The notes beneath the pieces were generated by a model. That model searched no databases. It was not told where the DNA came from and saw nothing but the letters and a program-made list of their open reading frames with translations. A program made the translations under genes and the position numbers. Positions 48,063 to 59,140 of a stretch of 64,000 nt of DNA are shown here, in pieces. Source of the stretch: Somniosus microcephalus (Eukaryota); NCBI GenBank assembly GCA_052327205.1, contig CM126218.1:43834001-43898000 (forward strand), written 5' to 3'. The number at the start of each line of letters is the position of its first letter. The first letter of the stretch is position 1.

Positions 48063-48328
48063 TTGGAGAAAAAGAGATTGTGGATATGATGGCTACAGTT
48101 TTTGGTGTCTCAGAGGCTAAGGAAAGTAAGTTGTACTTCCATATTCTTTATGATAATAGAAAAAGAAAGCAAAGATAAGGGGCTGTCACTGCTGTAATAT
48201 GAAGGGGTTGGCAGATTATAGACAGCATGCACTCTAGCCTATTGGTGACCTTGCAGACATACATTCAGTCACAGACTAGCAGGGCAACTATGCTGGCATT
48301 TCCATCTGCTCATTGGCTGCTTCCCAAA
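48063..48328 (-). repeat. Inverted copy of flanking sequence 47040-47309 inserted in the CR1
   Basis: Reverse-complement match with a few substitutions and small indels. Confidence 0.92.
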
Positions 48329-48601
48329 GAGAGAATATGAAAAGGTTAGGAGAGAAGTCAAAAAACAATTAGGGAGGCAAAGAGGAACTATGAAACTAAA
48401 TTATCAAGGAACATAAAACAAAATAGTAAAATATTTTATAGGCACATCAATAAAAAAGGAAGGTTGGGATGGGAGTAGAGCCATTAAGGGATAGACAGGA
48501 TAATACCACAGGTAACGATAGAGAGATGGCAGAAACATTAAATAATTATCTTGCTTCAGTATTTACCAGGGAGATAGAACAGGTGGACATGACATTAGAT
48601 G

Positions 48602-48956
48602 AAGATGCTCTGCAGCAACTCGCCAAGGCTTCTTCGGCAGCACCTCCCAAACCCGCGACCTCTTCCACCCAGAAGGACAAGGGCAGCAGGCGCATGGGAA
48701 CACCACCACCTCCAAGTTCCCCTCCAAGTCACACACAATCCTGACTTAGAAGTATATCACCGATCCTTCATTGTCGCTGGGTCAAAATCCTGGAACTCCC
48801 TACCTAACAGCACTGTGGGAGTACCATCACCACACAGACTGCAGCGGTTCAAGAAGGCGGCTCACCACCACCTTCTCAAGGGCAACTATGGATGGGCAAT
48901 AAATGCTGGCATTGCCAGCAACGCCCTGATCCCATAAACGAATAAATAAAAAAAAG
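48602..48956 (+). mobile_element. LINE 3' fragment nested in the CR1
   Basis: CSNSPRLLRQHLPNPRPLPPRRTRAAG...SWNSLPNS. Confidence 0.85.
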
Positions 48957-50578
48957 ATTAGTAATGAGATAAGTGCATTTAAAATTGAAAAAGGGGATAT
49001 ATTAAATAAACTAATCAAACTCAAAGAGGATAAATGGTCCGGATGGATTGCATCCATGCATTTGAAAAGAATCTAGTGAAGAGATAGCAGAGGCATTACT
49101 ACGCATATTTAATAATTCATTAGAAAAAGGTGTAATGCCAGAGGACTGGCGGATAGCTAACGTAATACCGATATTTAAGAAGGGGGATAGAACATGTCCA
49201 GCGAATTATAGACCAGTCAGCTTAACATCGGTGGTAGGAAAAATAATGGAATCCTTACTAAAGGAGAAAATAGAAGAACATCTAGAAACCAAAAATATAA
49301 TAATGAATAGTCAGCATGGATTTCAAAAGGGAAAGTCTTGCTTGGCCAACCTCATTGAATTTTTTGAAGAGGTAACAGAGAGAGTAGACAATGGTAATGC
49401 AGTAGATGTAATTTATCTAGCTTTTCAAAAGGCCTTCGATAATGCACCCCATAATAGACTGAGGAACAAGGTCAGAGAATACAGAGTCAGGGGACAAGTA
49501 GCAGAATGGATTGCTGGCTGGCTTCAGGACAGAAAGCAGAGAGATGGGGTAAAAGGTAGCTATTCACAGTGTCAGAAGGTGCTGGGACTACTGCTGTTCA
49601 CAATTTTCATTAACAATTTAGACTTTGGAATCAAAAACACAATTTCTAAATTTGTGGATGATACCAAATTGGGGGGATAGTCAATACTGAGGAGGACTGC
49701 AACGAATTACAGGAGGACATTAATAAACTAGCAGAATGGGCATATAATGGGCAAATTAAGTTCAACACAGATAAATGTGAGGTATTACATTTTGGTAGTA
49801 AGAATAGGGAGGTCACTTATCACTTGGAGGGTGCGTGTCTGGGTGCGGTAGAGGAACAAAGGGATCTGGGAGTACAAATACATAAATCACTAAAAGTTGT
49901 GACACAGGTTAGCAAGGCCATAAAAAAAGCAAACCAAGCACTAGGGTTTATTTCTAGAGGGATAGAATTGAAAAGTAGTGAAGTTATGCTAAACCTGTAT
50001 CGAACCTTGGTTAGACCACACTTAGAGTACTGTGTACAGTTCTGGTCGCCATATTATAAAAAGGATATAGAGGCACTGGAGAGGGTGCAAGAAAGATTTA
50101 CAAGGATGATACCAGAAATGCGAGGGTATACATATCAGGAAAGGATGAACAGGTTGGGTCTCTTTACTCTTGAAAAAGAAGGCTGAGGGGTAACCTAATA
50201 GAGGACTTTAAAATCATGAAAGGTTTTGATAGAGTGGATACAGAGAGAATGTTTCCACTTGTGGGGAAGAGCAAAACTAGAGGCCATCAATATAAGATAA
50301 TCACCAAGAAATCCAATAGGGAATTCGGAAGAAACATCTTTACCCAGAGTGGTGAGAATGTGGAACTCGCTACCACAGGGACTGGTTGAAGCCAATAGTA
50401 TAGATGCATTTAAGGGGAGGCTAGACAAGCATATGAGGGAGAAGGGAATAGAGAGTTATGCTGATAGGTTTAGATGAGGAAAGATGGGAAGAGGCTCGAG
50501 TGAAGCATAAACACTGGCATGGACCAGTTGGGCCGAATGGCCTGTTTCTGTGCCGCATATCCTATGTAATCCTATGTA

Positions 50579-51043
50579 AGGAGGCCATTCGGCCCATCGA
50601 GCCCGTGCCAGCTCTCTGCAAGAGCAATTCAGCTAGTCCCACTCCCCCGCCCTTTACTCGTAGCCCTGCAATTTTTTTTCTTCAGGTACTTATCCAATTC
50701 CCTTTTGAAAATCATGATTGAATCTGCCTCCATCCCCCTTTCAGGCAATGCATTCCAGATCATTACCACTCGCTGCAGAAAATAGTTTTTCCTCATGTCA
50801 GCTTTGGTTCTTCTGTCAATCACCTTAAATCTGTGTCCTCTGGTTCTCGACCCTTTCGTCAATGAGAACAGTTTCTCTCTATCTACTCTGTCTAGACTCC
50901 TCATGATTTTGAACACCTCTATTAAATCTCCTCTCAACCTTCTCTGCTCTAAGAAGAACAACCCCAGCTTATCCAGCCCATCCACGTAACTGAAGTCCCT
51001 CATCCCTGAAACCATTCTTGTAAATCTTTTCTGCACCCTCTCT
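50579..51043 (-). mobile_element. CR1 3' end, tail-to-tail with the previous CR1
   Basis: ERVQKRFTRMV...RRLRGDLIEVFK...WNALPE. Confidence 0.88.
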
Positions 51044-51044
51044 G

Positions 51045-52532
51045 AGATGCTGCAAACACTGACAAGCATTGCATGAAGATGCAGGGCTGCATCCAGGTTC
51101 TCCCATGACTCACTCCATATGCTTATGGAGGAAGTCAAAGCACGCAGGGAGGTTCTCTTCTCTTCCAATGGGTGGAAGAGACCTCCCCAGGAGATCAACA
51201 CAGCCTGGTTGCACATTGCACAGATGGACACAAGCAGGGATGTTGTAAGGAGGACCAGACTGCAGTGGTGCAAACCTTTCAATGATCTCAGTAGATCACG
51301 AAACGTTACTGCAAAGCCACACTCAACCACATTCTGCTGTGCCACTCATCACATCCCCATCACTCTGCCTTCCCTACCCTACTCCTGTACATCCTTACAC
51401 CAACTTACCTTGCACCTCCACCCATCCCTCTCTATCTACATCATCACTTCCCCATCTCACTAGCCACTCCTGATCCTAGTCCAATTCTACCAACTAACAA
51501 CACACAAGGGTAGCCATTTGTGTGTTTTAGCCAATGTTCATGTAAAGTTTCTGTTAATGTGCTGTCAAACATTGAAATCTTTATTTTCAACACTTTGCGT
51601 TCTTGGACAGATTTGTGTGAATCTTTGGAAGTGGCTTAGTGAGTTGCAGTGAATGGTGAGACATAACAGTACCCCCGCAATGGTGATGAGTGTGAAAGGA
51701 ATGGCTTGGGCATTGTAGGGATGCTTTATGTTGTTGGTGTGGGGTGGTGCCAACCTGGCGCATCATGTGACAGCCAGGGTGTACAGCATCAAGTGAAGTA
51801 AATGTGGCCATGGTGAGGCCATCCCTGGCCTCCTGGGCAGCAATGTGGTCGGGTGCTGATGTCCTCTGTCCTGTGCAGCATCAGTTGATTGTGGAGAAGG
51901 TTAGTGTTCTTGTTGGTGCTGCTGGTGTTGGGGCTGATCATGGTGGGATTCTGAGGACCAAGGTGAGATAGTTTTAGGGGCACCGATGCTGATGGAATAG
52001 ATGGCAGGTGAGGTTGAGATGACAGAAGCAATCTGTCAATGGTGAGAAAGCGTGTCCCAATGAGGTGACACGGGATAGAGAGTTTACTCCAAACACTTGC
52101 AACCTGCATAAAGCTCAATCTGTCTTCCAAATGCAGTAAGCAACAGCTTCTGAATTTGGAAAGTGAGCAGCTGTGAGATGGGAGCTTTTATAGCACATTT
52201 GCAGCTGTCAAGTAATGAGGTGATTCCATGGTCATACAACTCCCGACCTGCTTACCTGACGTAATCCCCGAGCAGCGTGGACCCCATGGGCAACCTCGTA
52301 AAATGGTAAGGTGAGCTCAAAATACTTCTTAATGGGCTGTTAACAAGGTCCTAATGATCTGAATTGCCTCCCCCGCCGTTGCGTGTTGGGTCTGTTCAGC
52401 GCTGACAGACCTGACATCTGGGAAAGGCACATGGTGGTGGGTTGACAGCGGGGTACCGACCTGCTGTCAAAAAAACATTTTTCTCACCTGGCCCGCTGAC
52501 CACCCACCCCCCGCCCTCGCAAAATTTCCCCC
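51045..52532. mobile_element. Non-autonomous Harbinger derivative, left end lost
   Basis: Myb/SANT remnant REVLF..AWLHIA..RTRLQWCKPFNDL; colinear with 30915-32400; right end caaaatttccccc. Confidence 0.82.
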
Positions 52533-52990
52533 AACGTTTCAGGTCGATGAACTTTTGTCCGAACTGGAAAAGGTTAGAAATGCAACAGGTTTTAAGTAAG
52601 TACAGAGGCAGGGAAAGGCAGGAGAGGCGGAAAGAGCAAAAGGGAAGCTCTGTGATAGGATGGAAGGCTGGAGAGATTAAATGACAAATGGGATGGCAGC
52701 TGTTGATGATGATTCTAATATTCTGCTGTTGCCATTTACACTTCTCCTAGACCCATCTTTTATCTCTTTACTTGTCCCATTACCATCTCCTTTTGCCTTG
52801 CACCGTCTCCTTTTGTCATTTAATTAAATCTGAAATCTGCCTTCCACCCTATCACAGAGCTTCCCTTTTGTTCTTTCCTCCCTTCCTCTGTTTCTCTCTC
52901 TGCAGATGCTGCCTGACCTGCTGAGTGTTTTCCAGTATTTTCTGTTTTTATTTTGGAATCCCAGCATCTGCAGTATTTTGCTTTTGTATC
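52533..52990. mobile_element. Penelope pLTR fragments in both orientations
   Basis: 52533-52690 matches the reverse complement, and 52693-52990 the forward strand, of 18590-18958; hammerhead degenerate or deleted. Confidence 0.78.
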
Positions 52991-53685
52991 AATGTAATTT
53001 AAGACTAGCTTTGGGTTGCTGTATTCTTAAAGGAGATCTTTTGACTTTCTAGGGCGAAAGACAATACATAAAACTGTCTTGAGATAGCTTTCAGTTTTGT
53101 GTGGAGGTAGCCAGCTAGTTTTCTGGGCGTTACTGTTTGATCAAAAACTATTGAGTTCAAGTTTGTTTGACAAGTTCAACATATCTTTGAAATGTTAAAT
53201 TTATGCGAACTTGTGGCTTATGCTAGACATTTGGAATGATTTTCTTTTAGCCTGATATCCTGAGCAGATACCACGATTTGAGTGGTAAAAAATAATGAAT
53301 GTTCTGATTGTCAAACCATTGAGAAGAAGCTCTTTGATCTTCAGAAAAAAGCTGCCATTTGGAGGCCCACAAGAATTTAATGAGAAGTACATTGTTTCCC
53401 TGTATCTTCAGTTGTTTCCAGCACAGATGTTCCATGGAGCTCTCATCCCAGTCAGTTCAAAAATTATTGGAATGGATTGCTAAAGATTCAACATACTTTA
53501 TTGTTTTGAAATCATTTAAATGGTAAGTCAGTATTGCACGGTTAGTTTCTTGCTGTATGTTTTCTGCCTTGGTGTATTTAACCTTTAATTTTCACCTGAT
53601 GCAAAGGTCTGACATGGTTTTTGAATGCCTTTCAGAGAATATGATGGGTAGCCCACACAGTCTCCCACATATAATACAGCTTAAA

Positions 53686-54046
53686 GGCTCCTGTTATTCT
53701 CATGGCTCCTGTTACTCCCCTGGCTCCTGTTATTCCCCTGTCTCCTGTTACTCCCCTGGCCCCTGTTATTCCCCTGTCTCCTGTTACTCCCCTGGCTCCT
53801 GTTATTCCCCTGTCTCCTGTTACTCCCCTGGCTCCTGTTATTCCTCTGTCTCCTGTTATTCCCCTGGCTCCTGTTACTCCCATGACTCCTGTTACTCCCC
53901 TGTCTCCTGTTATTCCCCTGTCTCCTGTTACTCCCCTGGCTCCTGTTATTCCCCTGTCTCCTGTTACTCCCCTGGCTCCTGTTATTCCCCTGTCTCCTGT
54001 TACTCCCCTGGCATCTGTCACTCAGCTGGCTCCTGCTATTCCAGTG
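53686..54046. repeat. 18-bp satellite, left block (gctcctgttactcccctg)
   Basis: Tandem periodicity; continues after the Gypsy insertion. Confidence 0.95.
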
Positions 54047-54260
54047 TGTAGTGTATGTACCTTTAAGGGGAGAACTACTTTTTACAGCTCCTGTATACTG
54101 TAGTACCGGCAGTGACCACACCTGTATATAAACCCTGAGTAGGGATCTGTACTGTTAGTTTTTGGGTTACTCTCATCCAATAAACACCTGTTGATTGTTC
54201 CTCTGCAGTCTCTGTCGATTTATTGAAGGACACCATACATCAAGATTCACGGATTTAACA
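54047..54260 (+). repeat. 5' LTR
   Basis: TGTAGTG...TTAACA, TATATAAA, AATAAA; 5 differences from the 3' LTR. Confidence 0.96.
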
Positions 54261-54551
54261 TTGGCGATGACTGGATTCAAACCTACCTGCAACTCTGCAT
54301 CACCTCCCAGGGATTCGCTCCTGGAGAGCAGTGAAAGGGGAAGGCCGAGTCCAGAAGTGCGGGTGTCGACCATCCAGAGAGGACATGAGCATCGCAGAGG
54401 AGGCTGTGGAGAGCTGGGCTTGGTTCTCCAGTCGCGACGATCCAGCGCAGCGGGCTGGAAGCAGGTACGGCGCAGACCCTTCCCGGACGGCGGCGGCTCG
54501 AGCCGACCGACGGCACAGAAAAAAGCCGAGCAACGTCGACGGGATAAAAGA

Positions 54552-54730
54552 GGGGGTAAAGCGCACAGGGCGCAGCCGGGGTTGAAGACCGAGCGGCGTC
54601 AACGAGAGAGGGTAAAGCGCACAGGGCGCAGCCGGGGTTGAAGACCGAGCGGCATCGACGGAAAAAAAAAGAGCGAGGGTAAAGCGCACAGGGCGCAGCC
54701 GGGGTTCAGGACCGAGCGGCGTCAACGAGA
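54552..54730 (+). repeat. About 57-68-bp GC-rich repeats x3 in the Gypsy leader
   Basis: gggtaaagcgcacagggcgcagccggggtt occurs three times. Confidence 0.85.
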
Positions 54731-54891
54731 GAGGCACGCAGGAAAACGCGCAGAGCGCGGCCGGTGTTCAAGGGCTGAGCAGCGTCCGCGGGGGAAGAAA
54801 GGAAAGCGCGGGAGACGCCATTTGGGCCGCAGCGGAGAAGAAGGGAGAGTGCGGGAGATGCCATTTTTAGCCAGTCTAACCACACCCAGGG

Positions 54892-57800
54892 ATGACGAAG
54901 AGTGGCAGTGTCACAGCGTTCGACAATGAAGTCGAAGATTGGGCGACATATGTAGAACGCATAGAAGTGCACTGCAAGGCGAATGAAGTGCCAGATGCCA
55001 GGAAAGCACTGGTATTGTTGAATTCCATGGGTGCAAAAACGTATGGCTTACTGCGAAACCTAGTAACCCCAGAGAAGCCAGTGGAAAAGGATTTTGAAAG
55101 CATAGTGGCAATCCTACAGGACCACTTAAACCCCACACCGCTGCTGATAGCAGAAAGATATAAGTTTCACAAAAGGAACCAGCATAAAGACGAAAGTAAT
55201 ACTGAGTATTTAACGGAACTGCGCAAGCTATCGAAACACTGCCAGTTTGGAACGGGACTAGCAGATACTTTAAGGGACAAGTTTGTGTGTGGGCTTCAAA
55301 GTGAAGGGACCCAGAAACGGCTTCTATCAGAAAAGGATCTTACGCTGGACAAGGCTTTCAGCATGGCAGTATCACACGAAGCAGCCGCACGGGGCGCTGC
55401 AGAGATACAACGGAGACCGCAAGAATATGGCACAAATGAAATGTCATATGGAGCAGTGAAGTGTTATCGCTGCGGCAGAACAACACACGACCATAATGAT
55501 TGTTGGTTCAAGGACGAAGTGTGCAGACAGTGTGGAAAAGTAGGACACACAGCAAGAGTCTGCAGGTCTGGAAAGAAAACCAGCAGCAAGAAATCTCCAC
55601 AGGAGAAGTACAAAAAGGTACATAAGGTGACGGAGAGTAGTTCAGACGAACAGAAAAGTGATACAGACTCCGGAAGCAAGGAGCTGAGTTGTCTGAAACT
55701 ACATAATGTAATCAAAATGGAGGATCGCCAAACTATCTGGGTCATGCTCAAGATAGATGGAGTCCAAGTGAAAATGGAATTGGACACAGGATCAGCCCTA
55801 ACAGTCATAAACCGAAGGGACTACAAGCGGCTATTCTCACATATACCCTTGAGAGATACAGAGATTGTCTTGAAGACGTACACGGGGCAAAAAGTCTACC
55901 CCAAAGGAAAAATAAGGGTGAACGTTATATATAACGGCAAGGAAACACCAAAAATGGACCTATATGTATTGCCAGATGGAGGACCACCACTACTAGGACG
56001 TGAATGGATCCGGAAGATACAGCTCGATTGGCATTCCATACAAGCACTGACTGTAGATGCCAAAAAGGATGACAACGTCACACCTGGACGACTGTCAAAA
56101 ATGCTAACTGACGCACAAGAAGCATTCCAGGAGGGACTCGGAACACTAAAAGGTATAACAGCGATGATCAAAATCGAGGAAAATGCAAGCCCAAAGTTTT
56201 TTAAGGCCAGACCGCTGCCTTATGCGATCCGCCCAGCCGTCGAAGCAGAGCTGGAAGGTTTGGAACGTTCTGGAGTACTGTCCAAAGTGGACTGGAGCGA
56301 GTGGGCTACACCCATCGTTCCTGTAATGAAGAGGTCGTTGAGTAATACGCCTGGGGAACCAAAGAAGGTTCGCATCCATGGGGACTTTAAGGTGACAGTG
56401 AACCCAGTCCTTCACACGGTACAATATCCACTTCCGCGGATTGAAGATATTTTCGCCTCACTATCTGGAGGGAAACGCTTCACTAAGATTGATCTGGCCC
56501 AGGCGTACCTGCAAATGGAGGTAGAAGAAGCCTCGAAACAGTACCTCGCGATCAACACTCACAAAGGTCTCTAACAATACAATCGGCTGGTGTTCGGGGT
56601 AGCATCAGCTCCGGCTATTTGGCAAAGGGCAATGGATCAAGTCCTGCAAGGGATTCCAGGGACCCAGTGTTATTTGGACGACATCCTGGTCACGGGCGAA
56701 AATGACAGTGATCACCTCGCCAACCTGGAGCAGGTGCTCACTAGATTGAAGGAATATGGGCTCCGAGCTAATCGCCACAAATGCGAGTTTTTCCAGAAGC
56801 AGATCTCGTATTGTGGCCACGTTATTGATAAAGAGGGGTTACATAAGTCCCCTGAAAAGATTGAGGCAGTAGTCAAGGCTCCAGCACCGGAAAATGTGTC
56901 ACAACTGAGGTCATTCCTCGGGCTGGTGAACTACTACCATAAGTTCTTGCCGAATTTGTCTACAGTACTACACCCACTGAACACCCTACTGCAAACGGGG
57001 GTACCATGGAAGTGGAATGACGAATGTAAACGAGCTTTCCAGATGTGCAAAGAATTGATCACATCAAAAGAGGTGTTGGCTCATTTCAACCCAGCACTAG
57101 CAATTCGGTTGGCGTGTGATGCATCACCCCATGGTATTGGAGCGGTGCTGTCGCACAAATTCCCAGACGGCTTGGAGAGGCCAGTAGCCTTTGCGTCTCG
57201 GTCACTAACCTCAGCCGAATGTAACTACGCCCAGATTGACAGGGAGGCCCTCAGCCTAGTGTGGGGAGTGAAAAAGTTCAACCACTATCTGCACGGGCAG
57301 AAGTTCACCTTGCTGACTGACCACCAACCACTTGTCTCCATCTTTAATCCAAAGAAGGGCGTTCCGGTGATGACTGCGCAACGGCTACAAAGATGGTCCC
57401 TCTTTCTAGGGGCGAACCAATATGAAATCGAGTATAAGGGCACGAAACAGCATCAAAACGCTGATGGGCTATCACGCCTGCCACTGCCTACTGCGGAGGA
57501 AGCGCCAGCAGTGGACCCTGTCGAAATATTTCATTCGACTATAATTGAACACTTGCCAGTAACTAACGCGGATATAGAGAAGGAGACCCGAAATGACCCG
57601 ACACTGTCTCAGGTATATGATTTGACGGTGAAGGGATGGCCAACACATGGCAACTCACTGTTGCCAGCATTCTCATCCAGAAGAGAACAGCTGTCAGTAT
57701 GCCAGGGGATCTTGATGTGTGGATCCCGAGTGGTAATTCCACCCAAGTTAAGGGAGAGAGTGCTCAATGAGCTTCACGAAGGCCATCTGGGAGGGGTGAA

Positions 57801-58839
57801 AATGAAAAGCCTTGCTAGGGCTTATGTGTGGTGGCCGGGGATCGATCAGCAAATCGAGGACCTGACAAAGAGCTGCTCAGGATGCCAGAGGTTCCAAAAT
57901 GCACCACCACATGCCCCTCTTCACCCATGGGAGTGGCCCTCCTCTCCATGGCAACGGGTGCATATTGATTTTGCTGGTCCATTCATGGACTCAATGTTCT
58001 TAATAGCCGTGGATGCGCACTCAAAATGGCCTGAGGTGATCAAAATGTCCTCCACCACCACGGAGAAAATGATTGCAGTCCTACGGACCATATTTGCCAG
58101 GAACGGCTTGCCAGAGCAGATTTGCTCTGATAACGGACCACAGTTTGTGTCCGAAGAGTTTCGGAAATTTATGAGAAGGAATGGGGTAAGGCATTACACG
58201 TCCGCCCCGTAGCATCCAGCCACAAATGGATTGGCTGAGAGGTTCGTACAAACCTTTAAAAAGGCAGTAAGGGCCATGTGCGATGACGACATTCCACTGC
58301 AGCATAAGGTGGACAATTTCCTGTTAGCCTACAGAAATGCGACACATGCAGTTACCAACCAGACCCCGGCCATGATGTTCTTTAACCGAAGGTTGAGATC
58401 TCGTCTGGATTTGCTCAGACCCAATGTACGAAGAAATGTTAAGAATAAGCAATTCCAGCACATCAATGAGAAGCCGACAAGGAGCTTCAATGTAGGGCAA
58501 CCAGTCTTGGCCCGCGACTACCGAACAGAGAAATGGCAACCAGGAACGATATACACACGGCAGGGGCCACTAATGTACACAGTGGATGTTGGGGAGAACA
58601 TTGTGAGACGCCATGTCGACCAGATCCTAGCGTCACAGGAACGAGTCAACCCCATGTCTCGTGTACCTGGTGATGAACCCGACATACCGGTAGCATCTAC
58701 CCCAGAAACAGTAGCATCGGAATCTGATGAACCAACTGACGACAGGGGGGCAGAATTGCCTCCGCACCAAGAGCAAGACACTCAGGAAAGGCGCTATCCA
58801 GAAAGGATCAGGAAGCCGCCCCAAAGACTGAATTTATAA
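54892..58839 (+). pseudogene. Single-frame gag-pol with two premature stops
   Basis: Two CCHC knuckles, protease LDTGS, RT YLDD, RNase H DAS, integrase HHCC and DDE; stops at 56572-56574 and 58210-58212, all three ORFs in one frame. Confidence 0.95.
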
Positions 58840-58926
58840 ATGGACTATTTTCAGTTAATGTTGCATGTTAAAAGTGTTAATTGTTAAATGAATGTTATGG
58901 TACTGTTAATCTAAAAGGGGAGGAAT

Positions 58927-59140
58927 TGTAGTGTATGTACCTTTAAGGGGAGAACTACTTTTTACAGCTCCTGTATACTGTAGTACCAGCAGTGACCACA
59001 CCTGTATATAAACCCTGAGTAGGGATCTGTACTGTTAGTTTTTGGGTGACTCTCATCCAGTAAACACCTGTTGGTTGTTCCTTTGCAGTCTCTGTCGATT
59101 TATTGAAGGACACCATACATCAAGATTCACGGATTTAACA
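58927..59140 (+). repeat. 3' LTR
   Basis: Direct repeat of 54047-54260. Confidence 0.96.

Larger units (their letters stand above)
47340..50578 (+). mobile_element. Long decayed CR1 ORF2 (endonuclease to 3' tail) with two nested inserts
   Basis: FLTQYVKSPTR..LDLV..SDH; WRIANVIPIFKKG..NYRPVSL; [13 protein letters not shown]; (atcctatgta)n tail. Confidence 0.9.
54047..59140 (+). mobile_element. Ty3/Gypsy LTR retrotransposon (Mag-like), full-length
   Basis: 214-bp TG..CA LTRs, 5-bp TSD CAGTG (54042-54046, 59141-59145), PBS TGGCGATGA at 54262, PPT aaaaggggagga before 58927. Confidence 0.97.

Noticed and set aside
50629-51345. 238-aa ORF
   Set aside because: Chance fusion of an antisense Harbinger remnant and a CR1 C-terminus
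56572-58212. Programmed stop readthrough in Gypsy pol
   Set aside because: The stops fall inside RT and integrase at conserved aromatic positions, and the paralog has TAC at one; they are mutations
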